Made by a program: the position numbers and the translations under genes
Notes under the pieces: generated by a model
What the model was told of the DNA's origin: nothing
Database searches by the model: none
What the model saw: the letters and a program-made list of their open reading frames with translations, nothing else
From: Marsupella aquatica
Lineage: Eukaryota; Plantae; Marchantiophyta
Reading direction: 5' to 3'
Assembly (NCBI GenBank): GCA_973895155.1
Contig: OZ316893.1
Location: 16,212,645-16,276,644 of the forward strand
Length of the DNA stretch: 64,000 nucleotides
Shown: positions 24,029 to 34,433 of the stretch, piece after piece
Layout: the number at the start of each line of letters is the position of its first letter
Numbering within the stretch: position 1 is the first letter of the stretch

Positions 24029-25063
24029 ATGAGTGATTCGGAGGAGTTTTTCGAAGACGTGGAACTTGAAGCACGAGGATCACCACGGAGGTTTCAGGGG
24101 CAGAGAGAGGAGCAGGAGGAAGAGCACGTGACACCGATACCATCACCGGTGCGGCGTGTGGTGGAGGAAGCAGTACTACTACCGGAGCTCACGGTAAAGA
24201 AGAAGATGGGGACTTTCAAGCTTGGGGGACCCAAGTATGAAGTGACAAAGTATGATGGGCGCTCTGACTACTTGCTATGGGAGAAGCAGGTGAAGGGAGT
24301 GCTTTATGCGTCAGGGATGGGCCAACTGCTGAGCCCTCGTGAAGACGATGTTGATGAGAAACAATGGGACCGCATGCAGGAGCAGGGAGTGTGGTGTGTT
24401 ACACTCTATCTCATGCCTCCCATCATCAAGCAGTTAGGTGCACATAAGGATTGCATGTCCTTGTTTGCGGAATTGCAGAGCAAGTATCACCGCAAGGAGT
24501 TGTCGAACCGGCTCTACACTTCCTACAAACTGATGAGTTTCAGGATGAAGGAATCTGGTACGAAGTTGCAAGACCATGTGGATGCTTTCAACGACATGGT
24601 CGTTGACTTGGAAAACCTTGGGGAGACTTTGAATGATGAGACGAAGGCTCTGCAGCTTCTTAGTTCATTGCCTCCATCTTACCAGTCCCTATCACGAGTG
24701 TTGTTGCATCGTGATAGGGATACCATTTCATACAATGACGTGGTAAGTTCTTTGCTTAGTGATGATCTTCAGCAGAAGATGCACATCACGTCACAGCCTT
24801 CATCATCTGGTGCTACCCTCAATGTTAACCGTGGGAGGAGTATGCAGCGACCAACTGGGGACCGTAGAACCCAGTTTAGATCTAAATCCAGATCTAAGTC
24901 CAAGGGTAAATCCCCTCAGAGGAGGCAGGTGACATGTTGGAAGTGCAACCAAGTTGGACACTTCAAGCGAGACTGTAAGGGAAAGGCAGCGGAAACTTCA
25001 TCGGCAAATGTGGCTAGGGCTGATGGAGAAGCTGATTTACTCAATGATGAGTATGTTTTATGA
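24029..25063 (+). CDS. Copia Gag
   Basis: KYDGRSDYLLWEKQV, LLSSLPPSY, and zinc knuckle CWKCNQVGHFKRDC. Ends in a TGA that is in frame with pol. Confidence 0.92.
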   Translation: MSDSEEFFEDVELEARGSPRRFQGQREEQEEEHVTPIPSPVRRVVEEAVLLPELTVKKKMGTFKLGGPKYEVTKYDGRSDYLLWEKQVKGVLYASGMGQLLSPREDDVDEKQWDRMQEQGVWCVTLYLMPPIIKQLGAHKDCMSLFAELQSKYHRKELSNRLYTSYKLMSFRMKESGTKLQDHVDAFNDMVVDLENLGETLNDETKALQLLSSLPPSYQSLSRVLLHRDRDTISYNDVVSSLLSDDLQQKMHITSQPSSSGATLNVNRGRSMQRPTGDRRTQFRSKSRSKSKGKSPQRRQVTCWKCNQVGHFKRDCKGKAAETSSANVARADGEADLLNDEYVL

Positions 25064-28000
25064 AGCCGGGGGTATGCCCTGTGCACGTCATCTAGGAGAG
25101 CAGATGATGTGTGGATTCTTGATTGTGCTTGCTCTTTTCATATTTGTTACATTCGTGAGTTTTTCAGTTCTTACTCTGTTTCAAACGGTTCAGTTCTGAT
25201 GGGAAATGATCACTCCTGTCAAATTGAGGGAATTGGGTCTGTGAAGATTCAAATGTTTGATGGCGCTGTGCGCACAGTGTCCGGAGTCAGGTATGTACCT
25301 GGCATGCGTAAGAATCTGATTTCACTCGGTGTGTTGGATTCAAATGGTCATCAATGGAGCGTTATTGATGGTGAACTTCAAGTCAGGTCGGGAGAGACAG
25401 TGATTTTGAAGGGGAGTAGACAAAAGAATTTGTATGTGTTATAGGGCAATACTGTATGTGGAGAGGCCAATATAACCAAGTCTCACGAGGAGATGACTCA
25501 ACTGTGGCATTCACGGCTAGGCCACATGAGTGAGAAGGGTTTGGCTATCTTACGGAAGAATGGACTCATTTCTGATTTGCAATCTTGTAAATTAGAGTTT
25601 TGTGAGCATTGCATTCTTGGAAAGCAGCATCGTCGTGCTTTTGGTGTTGGAACTCATCGTTCCAAAGCGGTTCTTGAGTACATACATAGTGACGTGTGGG
25701 GTCCATCCCCGACTCCCTCACACTCTGGAAAGTTGTACTATGTATCATTTATTGATGATTACTCAAGATTTGTGTGGATTTATTTCATGACGCATAAGTC
25801 TGATGTCTTGTCCATTTTTAAGAAGTGGAAGGCCCAGGTGGAGAATCAGACTGGAAACACGATCAAGTGTTTGGATACAAGGGTGAAGAGTCTGAGGTCA
25901 GACAACGGCGGGGAGTACACTTCAATGGAATTTGAAGAGTACTGTTCAGAACAGGGGATAACTCGCCATCTCACCACAGTTTATACTCCGCAGCAGAATG
26001 GTGTCGCTGAGAGGCTCAATCGGACACTGTTGGAGCGGTCACGGAGTATGTTGAGCCAATCAGGTTTACCACAAGAATTTTGGGCAGAAGCTGTCAATAC
26101 CGCAGCTTATTTGGTAAATCTTTCTCCTTCTAGTGCTATCAATTTCAAAACGCCATTTGAGATGCGCTATAAGCGGCAAGCAGACTATCATGGCTTGGTA
26201 ATTTTTGGAAGTGATGCATATGCTCTCACACCAAAGCAAAATAGGACCAAGTTGGATCCTACCTCCAGGAAATGTGTTTTTCTTGGGTACCAGAGTGGTG
26301 TGAAAGCCTATAGGCTATGGGATCCTATTGCCTGTAAGCTCGTTGTCAGTAGGGATGTTTCCTTCAATGAATCCAGATTATTGAAGGAGGGGGAGAATAC
26401 TCAGGTCTCCCGTACTGACAAAGGAAAATCTCCTATCCCGGATCTCGTTGAGGGGAAGATTGGTTATGAGGTGCATGACCGGAGAGAAGGAGTTGCTCCA
26501 ATTATGGAGCTGGTTCCTATGCCAGAGGAACCAGAGGAGTTTGTTGATGCTGGTGAGCAACAAGTGGATGCTGTTGAGCTTCAAATTGTACCAGCACACG
26601 CAGATCAACCAGAGTCATCGGCTAGAAGAACATCTGGTCGCACTGTACGCGCTCCATCAAGGTATGGACAGTGGGTTGATTCATCTCAACTGCAAGAGGA
26701 TGATTTTACAGTTGATGATGAGGGTGATGCGTTAATTTTGGAAGAAGGAGAACCTTCTTCATTTCATGAGGCAAGTGCTTCAAAAGAGAAGCAGAAGTGG
26801 ACTGCAGCAATGCAAACGGAGATGCAGTCACTAAAGGACAACAAAACTTGGGAGCTTGTTAAGCTGCCTAAGGGTCAGCAAGTGGTGGACAGCAAGTGGA
26901 TTTACAAGCTGAAGGATAATTCCATAGGAGGTGGATCGAAGGTCTACAAGGCTAGATTGGTAGCAAAGGGATTCACACAAGAGAAAGGTGTGGATTACAA
27001 TGAGGTCTTCTCACCAGTTGCTAAGTACTCTATAATTCGACTATTGTGTGTACTTGTTGTAATGTTTGGTCTGCTCCTAGATCAGATGGATGTTGTCACA
27101 GCTTTCCTCTATGGCACATTGGAAGAGGTGATCTTCATGAGACAACCGCTAGGTTTTGTGAAGAGAGGACAGGAGGAATTGGTTTGCAGATTGCTGAAAT
27201 CCTTGTATGGGTTGAAGCAGTCACCAAGACAGTGGAACAAGCGGTTTGACGATTGGATTCGGTCACAAGGTTTTCACAGAAGTGTATTTGACCCTTGTGT
27301 GTATTTGAAACCGGTGAAGAATGTTGTCTTTGGGTTCATTATTTTAGTACTTTATGTGGATGACATGCTAATTGCAGCCAAGGATAGGTCTGAGATTGTT
27401 AAGCTCAAGGCACTGCTTAGTGCAGAGTTTAAGATGAAGGACTTAGGGCCAGCTAAGAGGATTTTGGGTATGGAGATCACTAGGGACTTGGAGGCTGGCA
27501 AGCTATGGTTGACGCAGAGCAGTTATGCGAGGAAGGTAATTGCAAGGTTCAACATGGAGAATAGCAAGCCAGTAAGTACCCCGTTGGCTCCACACTTCAA
27601 GTTATCATCAGCGTTCTGTCCTACGGATGACACAGAGAAGGGGTTGATGTCAAAGGTTCCATATGACAAGGCAGTGGGGAGTCTCATGTATTTGATGACT
27701 TGCACTAGACCTGATCTTGCCATGGCTATGGGCAAGGTGAGCAGGTACATGTCGAATCCAGGGAAGGTACACTGGGAAGCAGTGAAGTGGATTATCAGGT
27801 ACTTGAAGGGTACCGTGGATCATGGTCTTTTATTTGATGCGAATGCAAAGAATGCTAGATCATTGATTGGCTATGTAGATTCTGACTATGGACAAGATTT
27901 GGACCGAAGGAGATCAACAACAGGATACGTGTTCACACTTGGCGGTGGATGCATAAGTTGGAGGTCTACTTTGCAGAAGTGTATTGCTCAGTCTACTACA

Positions 28001-28324
28001 GAAGCGGAGTATGTTGCAGCTGCGGAAGCGATTTGGTTGGATAGACTTATCACTGAAATGGGATTGCCACAGGGGAATGTGAAGCTCCATTGTGATAGTC
28101 AAAGTGCGCTCCACCTTGCTGTGAACCAGGTGATGGACAGCAGAGTGAAGCACATTGACGTCAGGTACCATTTTATCAGGCAGGCTGTGTCTGATAATTT
28201 GTTTGAGCTAGTCAAGATTGATGGTAAACTCAACCCGGCTGACGCATTTACCAAAGTGATTCCTTTGGAGAGTTTCTCTAGACACCGTGACGTATTGCAG
28301 GTTTTGCAATTGCATCACAAGTAG
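25064..28324 (+). CDS. Copia Pol (PR-INT-RT-RH) with one internal TAG at 25442-25444
   Basis: WILDCACSFH (PR), WHSRLGH..CEHC, HSDVWGP, SDNGGEY, QNGVAER (INT), KARLVAKGF, LYVDD (RT), YVDSDY..STTEAEY..KHIDVRYH (RH). Confidence 0.95.
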
Positions 28325-29815
28325 AGTTTTCTTAAACATTCATTGTAATTACTGATATATGCTCTTCCTCATTCCTATGTATTAGGCTACGGCTTAGTTC
28401 TGGTTTGCTCTAGTTAGAGAGGGAAACCGGTTTGGTTTTTGTCCAGAACTTCCCGCTGAGGGATCATATACATTGGCAGTATTACTCTCCCCTAGACCAG
28501 AGTCAAGGGGAAGATTGTTGGGTATTTACTCTTACGTCTAGGTTAGGTATGACGTGGTTGGTACAACAACGTGGGTTGGTACAACTACGTGGTTAGGTAC
28601 AACTACGTGATTAGGTACAACTATGTGGTTAGGTACAACTACGTAATTAGGTACAACTATGTGGTTAGGTACAACTAAGTTGCACACTATATCATAAGAG
28701 GCATGTGTGCTTGGAGAGGTAGAACCAAGGCTCATTGTTATGGAGCCACTTGAGAGATAGGGAGAGCTTACACTGTGGAGACTCGGTATAGCCGACGGGC
28801 TTAGAGTTCAGTAAAGCTCTCTTGTGTGTTCCCGTGGACGTAGCCTCAAGGAGGTGAACCACGTATCTCTTGTGTCGACTATTGTGCGTTGGATGGTTCA
28901 TGGGCTTGCCGTTGCGATCGTCGTCTATGCTCAACAGTCGGTACCCAATGTGGATACATCGTCGGGCTCCCTGGAAGAAAAAGAGGCGGGAAAGAAGCAG
29001 GTGTACGCACACTCGGGAGGCACGGTACCCTATGCTGCAGGGCGAGGCGAGGCGAGGCTGAGGCGAGGTGACAACTTAATGGCTCGGGCCCTGCATAGGG
29101 CTTCGTGCCCCACTATGAGCTCCCCCTATCCCCCTTTTGGGCCTTGTGCCCTGGCAGCGAGTGACTCCCGAGAGAGGAGTCGCGAGTACTCCCCCCCCTC
29201 TTTAAAGTTGAATTAAGGGCTTCGTGCCCTGCAGGAGAACTCCCGTGTGAGGGAGTTCGAATTGAACTCCCCTCCTCCTTGCACACTCGCTCCCCCTCCT
29301 TCCTGCTTTGGCTTGTACTTGGCTCCCCCTGCCCCTGCTTTAATGTTGCTTAGGGCCTCGTGCCCTCTCCTGCGCTCCTGCCTCCTGCCCTGATTCCCCC
29401 TATCCCTGCTTTAATTACTCCATAGGGCCTCGTGCCCTCCGTCCCCCCTCGCTTGCTTGTGGCAGGGCGACGAAAAGGAAGGGAGTCGATCCCCCTCCCC
29501 TTGTGGCAGAAAAGAAAGGAAGAAAAGGGGCGTTGCGAGGGGGAGAAACGGGCGCGCGGCCCTATGCACTTGGGAGGTAATCGCGGGGTGGCCGAGGCTG
29601 CCAGGAGGTGGTCGCGCGGTGGTCGAGGCAGCCGGGAAGTAGTCGCGCAACGGCCGGCAAACACCGAAAGAAAAATGGCCCAAATAAGCACCGAAAAATG
29701 CCAAAAGTGGTGGATGAGTCGTGCAGTCAGCAGTCGGCAGCCATAGTCGAGTTGCGGCCGACAAGAAATATCCGGGCCCCTTGTTATGTGTATACACTTA
29801 AGTATACACATAACA

Positions 29816-32800
29816 TCACAATAAACCCATAACTTTTAACTCGTCACTCCGATGTCCGTCGAAGAAATTGCAATGGCTTCACCAGAAATTGTCGAAATCG
29901 TCATGAGCAATCTTCTTCCCGTCACCGCTAACTCGAGAGTTCTTCTTGAATAAAAGGCGTGATAGAAACAAACGTACTGAAATCGAATCGAAAACCGGCG
30001 AGATGCCAAGATCGGCCAGGAGCATCTAACGAATCACTGTGTGAATTCCGTGTACGGAACCGACGAGCAGCCTCTGAAAAACTCTGTCTCACAGCGATTC
30101 AAGAAGAACTGAAGAACGGCAAAGAAAAACATGCCCTAAGTAGGACCGGGTCCAGGCGTCACACTAACAAACCCCTTTTGCTTCAAGAACAGCCCAGACT
30201 CGCTACAAGAACATGACACTAACTCAAGTAGTACATTAGCCCTAACCATACCTAGCGGGCATGCGAGGGACATGCCGATGTGCACAAGCGGCACTGTCCC
30301 TCGGCATGACAAGACATTGATAAATTAAACATAACCTTGCTATAACTGCTCTCTAGGTTTCTATCATAAATCTAAGTTTGAGAAGTGTCTATGCTCACAA
30401 AACCCAAGATAAGTTTTGGATTGTGTGTATAGTAGTGTATCATTAAAATGCCGGCTACATGTTTTCTTCTTCAACGATGCGCAATTCCAAAGGAAAACTA
30501 ATGCACATTCAGTATACCACAATGGTACTTCAAATCTGTGAATTAAGAATGTTGCTACTTCTTAACATATAGATTTCTCTTTCTTGATTACATGCAATAC
30601 TTATCTTCCAAAGATAAGTCCTTCATGTAAAATACAGAAATTGACAACAAATATTGTAGTTTGAATTAGGCACCAACCAACGGATCTTCCAATACAAATA
30701 ACAAGTTATATTTTTATAGGTTTTACTTCTTACGGCAATTGCAACATGCATTACCATACAAAGGAGGGGTAGACTCCTAGCACAAGCAATAAAATTTCAA
30801 GATATACAAATATTCCTTGCAAAAATTGCATTACAAGTACAAGGGACAAACTCCAAGATGAGGAGATGCAAATAACTATCCACACTGTCTCAAAATGAGA
30901 CTGGTATCACAATAAGTACATAAAATTGCCCACTGACTAAGGAGAATGAAGAGACATGCCTCTTCATTTCCTAAGTCTAAACTAAGTGAAATAAAAGTCA
31001 ACTTTGACTAAGGAGTAGTCAAGTAGTCAAAACTAGAATAAGCTAAGTAAAAAGTCTATAAGATAAAGTACTAATCTCATAGTATAATAGGAGAGGGGTC
31101 AACTACAAATAAAGTAAGACGAGCTACAAAACCAAGGCTATCTTTCCTTTAGCCTTCTGTCCCTTCAGATACTGTCGACAAAAAAGGTCCTCACGATAAT
31201 GAATAAGTTGTGGCTCACTGGTCTTTCGGATGGGATGTTCATCTGGTCCGATCCAAACAAAGTAATCTGATGGCCATGGAATGTCTGGGGTTGAAAGAGG
31301 GAAAGGTGCAATGACCTTTTTACAATGATAAACCCAACTCCACAAGTCAAGAGTCTCAATCTCTGGCAGTCGCAGCTTGTTGATAGGAAGCCACAAAATA
31401 CCACGAGAAACCGGAACTGTGTCGTAGGTATGTGGAAAAGGAAAAGACTCACGTCCAAACATAGGTGGAGGTAAGGGAGGTGCAAGAGGAATGCGTGCGT
31501 CAATGAGTGACGTGATCATCCTAGCAAACTTGGAGGGAAAAACAAAAAATGGTTCAATATCGGCAACAAAAGAGACAATAGGAGGCTGAGACACCAAAGG
31601 TGTAGGAGCTATAAATGGTACATTGGGAGGCTCTACAGTCTGAGGCTCAGGCTCAGTCTCAGGAATAGGCTCTGGGGTGGGTTCATTTTCTTCCCCAGTA
31701 GGAGAAGGAAATGAAACAACAGGGAGTGGTAGGGTGGTATCCTCGATGGGGGAGAATGGAATTGGAGTGGGTACTGGTGAAGGGGGTAAAGGCTCAAGGG
31801 TAGGAGATGAAGGGTGCTCGGGTGTAAATGTAGGAGGGATAGGTAAATCAATAATGGGAGAAGGAATGGGATCGGGTAAAGGGGGTGTAGGTGTGGATGG
31901 AAGAGGGAATGAAGGGTCAACAATAGGTATCTCCGGCTCATCCACATCCATAGGGTGGTCAGGCTATGGTGAAGGTGCAAGGGGTGAAACATGAGGTAGT
32001 GGGGTGGGACGAGACTTGAAAATCAAAGTACAAATACAATCAAGTAATTGCATGGGAGTATAACTCTTGAAAAGTCTAGTGGCCTCATCTACCAAATGCT
32101 GGTTGAAACCAGTCACACTAGCTAGTCTCTTGGCATCACCAACAAAATCAGTCCACAATGTGTAAGAGGTGGAAGCAACAAAAGAGGGAGAAATCATCCC
32201 TGGTAGGTCTGGTGCTATCATCTGCTTCACTGGATGGGGTCTTGGTGAAGTTGTGGGCGATGGAGTCAACTCTCCTCCTCCAATTGCTCAGCTCCACCGG
32301 TAACAAGCAGCCTCTCAAAAAGTGAATGTGCGCCAAGTAGGGTGTCAAATAAGTATCATTGGTGGTAGTCACGACAACCACCTGCTTGGCGATCACCTTT
32401 GAAAGAGCTAGGGCCCAGTTGATCTTCCTCTTGCCGGTCCATGAAGCAATGATGGAGCTGGCCAAGTAAACCATAGCCCTGGTAGGCTTGGTCGGATGAA
32501 AGATAGGTACAAGGAATCGGAGTAAATGAGCTAACTCCCGGTTCCTACACTAATCAATCTTCCAACCAGACCTTTGGTTTCTGGTACCTCTAAAGTAGGG
32601 GACAGTCATCTTCTCCAACAGAAATCAATCTCTCTCCAACCTGGCTCAACTGGTACACTAGACCAGTCAAGGGCCTATTTAAGCAGATGAAAATCTCACC
32701 ACCTAAAGTTCACCTAAATGTCTACTACATACTCATGCAGGGGAGTGACCCTAAAGGTTTTCTCAGGATCCAAGAACTTCTCAGCAAAGCACTATCTACT

Positions 32801-32820
32801 CCACAGGTCCATTTCAGCTT
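29816..32820 (-). mobile_element. 3' part of another LTR element (probably Gypsy): extra ORF, long 3' UTR and start of a 3' LTR
   Basis: Broken ORF 31124-32800 (FLVPIFHPTKPTR..INWALAL..YLTPYLAHIH, then a Pro/Glu-rich tail). Minus-strand AAAAGGGGTTTGTTAG is followed by TGTGACGCC at 30163. This LTR is cut at 29816 by the Gypsy-DNMT element. Confidence 0.55.
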
Positions 32821-32849
32821 CTAACAGTCACTATTCTTCTTACTTGTGC

Positions 32850-33115
32850 CCTTAAAAGTGCCTTGCGTTCTGTTTCTAGGAGCTTCAAAGCTATATTTAG
32901 CCGTTCCTATTTCTTACAAGAGAGGGAGGTAGCTCCCGCCGACATCGCCGTGATGTGATCCATGCATTCAGAAATGATTTGCATCGGATCAAAAGAGCGG
33001 CAAGGTGTTAATTCGAACACTTGTACATTTCTAGCATTCCACAAGTTCCACAAAACCTGATAAATTATGAAGGCCTGCAGTGATAGAAGAGGTGAGCGTC
33101 CCTGGAGGGTCGCAA
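32850..33115 (-). pseudogene. LINE ORF2 C-terminal fragment
   Basis: VLWNLWNARNVQVFE matches the W-x-IW-xx-RN-xx-F motif at the end of plant LINE ORF2. Confidence 0.6.
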
Positions 33116-33248
33116 CTTGATATGATACCTTTGAAAATAGTGCATCAACATCTTCATGCGTATGACTAACCATTAGAAAAGATATTTGAACAGTTTCAAA
33201 TATTCCTCTACTCACAAACTCACTACAAAATGCTATGACAGTCTGGTT
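33116..33248 (-). pseudogene. C-terminal piece of a DDE transposase (Sola-like), continuing the 53425-54242 fragment
   Basis: Minus-strand translation NQTVIAFCSEFVSRGIFETVQISFLMVSHTHEDVDALFSKV begins immediately at a CACTA terminus. Confidence 0.75.
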
Positions 33249-34433
33249 CAGTGGTACATATTTTGGGTTTTTCCGATGCTCTTTTTTCAGTCAGCGACAC
33301 TTTCCGATACAGAGAAGATCGGTACCCTCCGATTGTATCCACATTGGGCATTTACCATACTTTCTACATCGGACAATTGTTGTCCCATACTCTTACAATC
33401 AGAAATAGTTTCCCATCTACAAAATATTGGAGCGTTTCCCATTCTAGATGCATCGGACAGTGTGACTGCCGCGAGGCAAGAGGCATCCGATAAAAAACCT
33501 ATTGCATGGTGTTTCCGATGGAAGGAGGGACAAAATGTTTCCGATATGATTTGTATCAGAAATGTTTTCCCACTTTATTACAAAAATATTACAAACGGAC
33601 GTTGTGTCCGATGTTATAAAAATGGCAAAGTTTCCCGATACATGTAGTATGGCATATGAGTTTTGTTTCTTATAATATTAAAAATATGGGTTTTCAATAG
33701 AGTCAGGGTTTTTTGAGGGGTTTATCATTTTCCTTCTAAGGCATGTTGTGTTTCCAATTGGTTTTTGACTCCATTTCCATTTGAAGTATGTGGGAACTCA
33801 ACTAGGGTCAACTTGAAATGAATTGGAAGCTTTCATTTCATATATATTAAAAGTAGGACTCAACACAAATAGCCACAGCTAGAGCTCGGAGATATAAGTG
33901 GTATATATAAGTAAAGTAACATGCAGCAAAGAATATGGTAATGACAATGTAGATAACATATATATGCCGATAAAATCAATACATGGAGGGAAGTGGTCAT
34001 TAATTAGGTCTAGCAAGTGTTAGCTACCTAGCTTTTACCATGAAATTCCTAAGTAGCTAGTTGTTCTCATTTTCCAAATCTTCCACAACAACTACATTTG
34101 GTTGTTCTTGGACTATGGATTGGGATCAAGGAATGTAAGGCATTACAATGGACCACTTGGGATCATCTGGATAAGGGAGATAGAATGTCTGCTCAAGATT
34201 ATGAGGAAATGCAAAAGGATCTGAGGCCCTCCAATTTGAGCCGCAAGCATCCTCTTCACATGTCCGATTGTGGCCAACAAGATTCATCCAAAACCATTTG
34301 CACTTCAGCACCACCTCTTCCAATGTTGTATGCGCATGGTATTTTACAACAAGGATCTCCTCTATCTTTCCATAGTGAGCTATAGTAGAACGGATGGGAT
34401 TTGTGTCAGATCTGATACTTACAGAATCCTGGG
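33249..34433 (-). mobile_element. CACTA element end with transposase C-terminus (DUF4216-like)
   Basis: Terminus CAGTGGTACA (variant of CACTAGTACA), dense CCGAT/ATCGG subterminal repeats to about 33640, and ORF HYGKIEEIL..LKCKWF..DPFAFPHNLEQTFYLPYPDDPKWSIV at 34126-34420. Confidence 0.8.

Larger units (their letters stand above)
22902..28936 (+). mobile_element. Full-length, very young Ty1/Copia retrotransposon
   Basis: 421-bp LTRs (22902-23322 and 28516-28936), TG...CA, identical by eye. TSD GTCGG at 22897-22901 and 28937-28941. PBS TGGTATCAGAGC at 23325-23336. PPT AAGGGGAAGAT before 28516. Confidence 0.98.
15000..29815 (-). mobile_element. Ty3/Gypsy LTR retrotransposon encoding a DNMT3-like methyltransferase and a PHD finger; 3'-truncated, 5' LTR interrupted by a Copia element
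   Basis: Domain order on the minus strand is Gag(CCHC)-PR-DNMT-RT-RH-INT-PHD. The candidate 5' LTR starts TGTTATGTGTATA at 29815. No second LTR copy was found below 15219. Confidence 0.9.
22850..29815 (-). repeat. Candidate 5' LTR of the Gypsy-DNMT element (~925 bp once the nested Copia is removed)
   Basis: 12-bp inverted termini: gttatgtgtata at 22851 and tatacacataaca ending at 29815. The sequence is continuous across the GTCGG TSD of the Copia. Confidence 0.65.

Noticed and set aside
22850-29815. DIRS-like inverted-repeat architecture
   Set aside because: The element encodes a protease and a DDE integrase, not a tyrosine recombinase.
33221-33230. CACTACAAAA as a CACTA TIR
   Set aside because: It is coding sequence (FCSE) of the minus-strand transposase fragment. 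The real terminus is at 33249.
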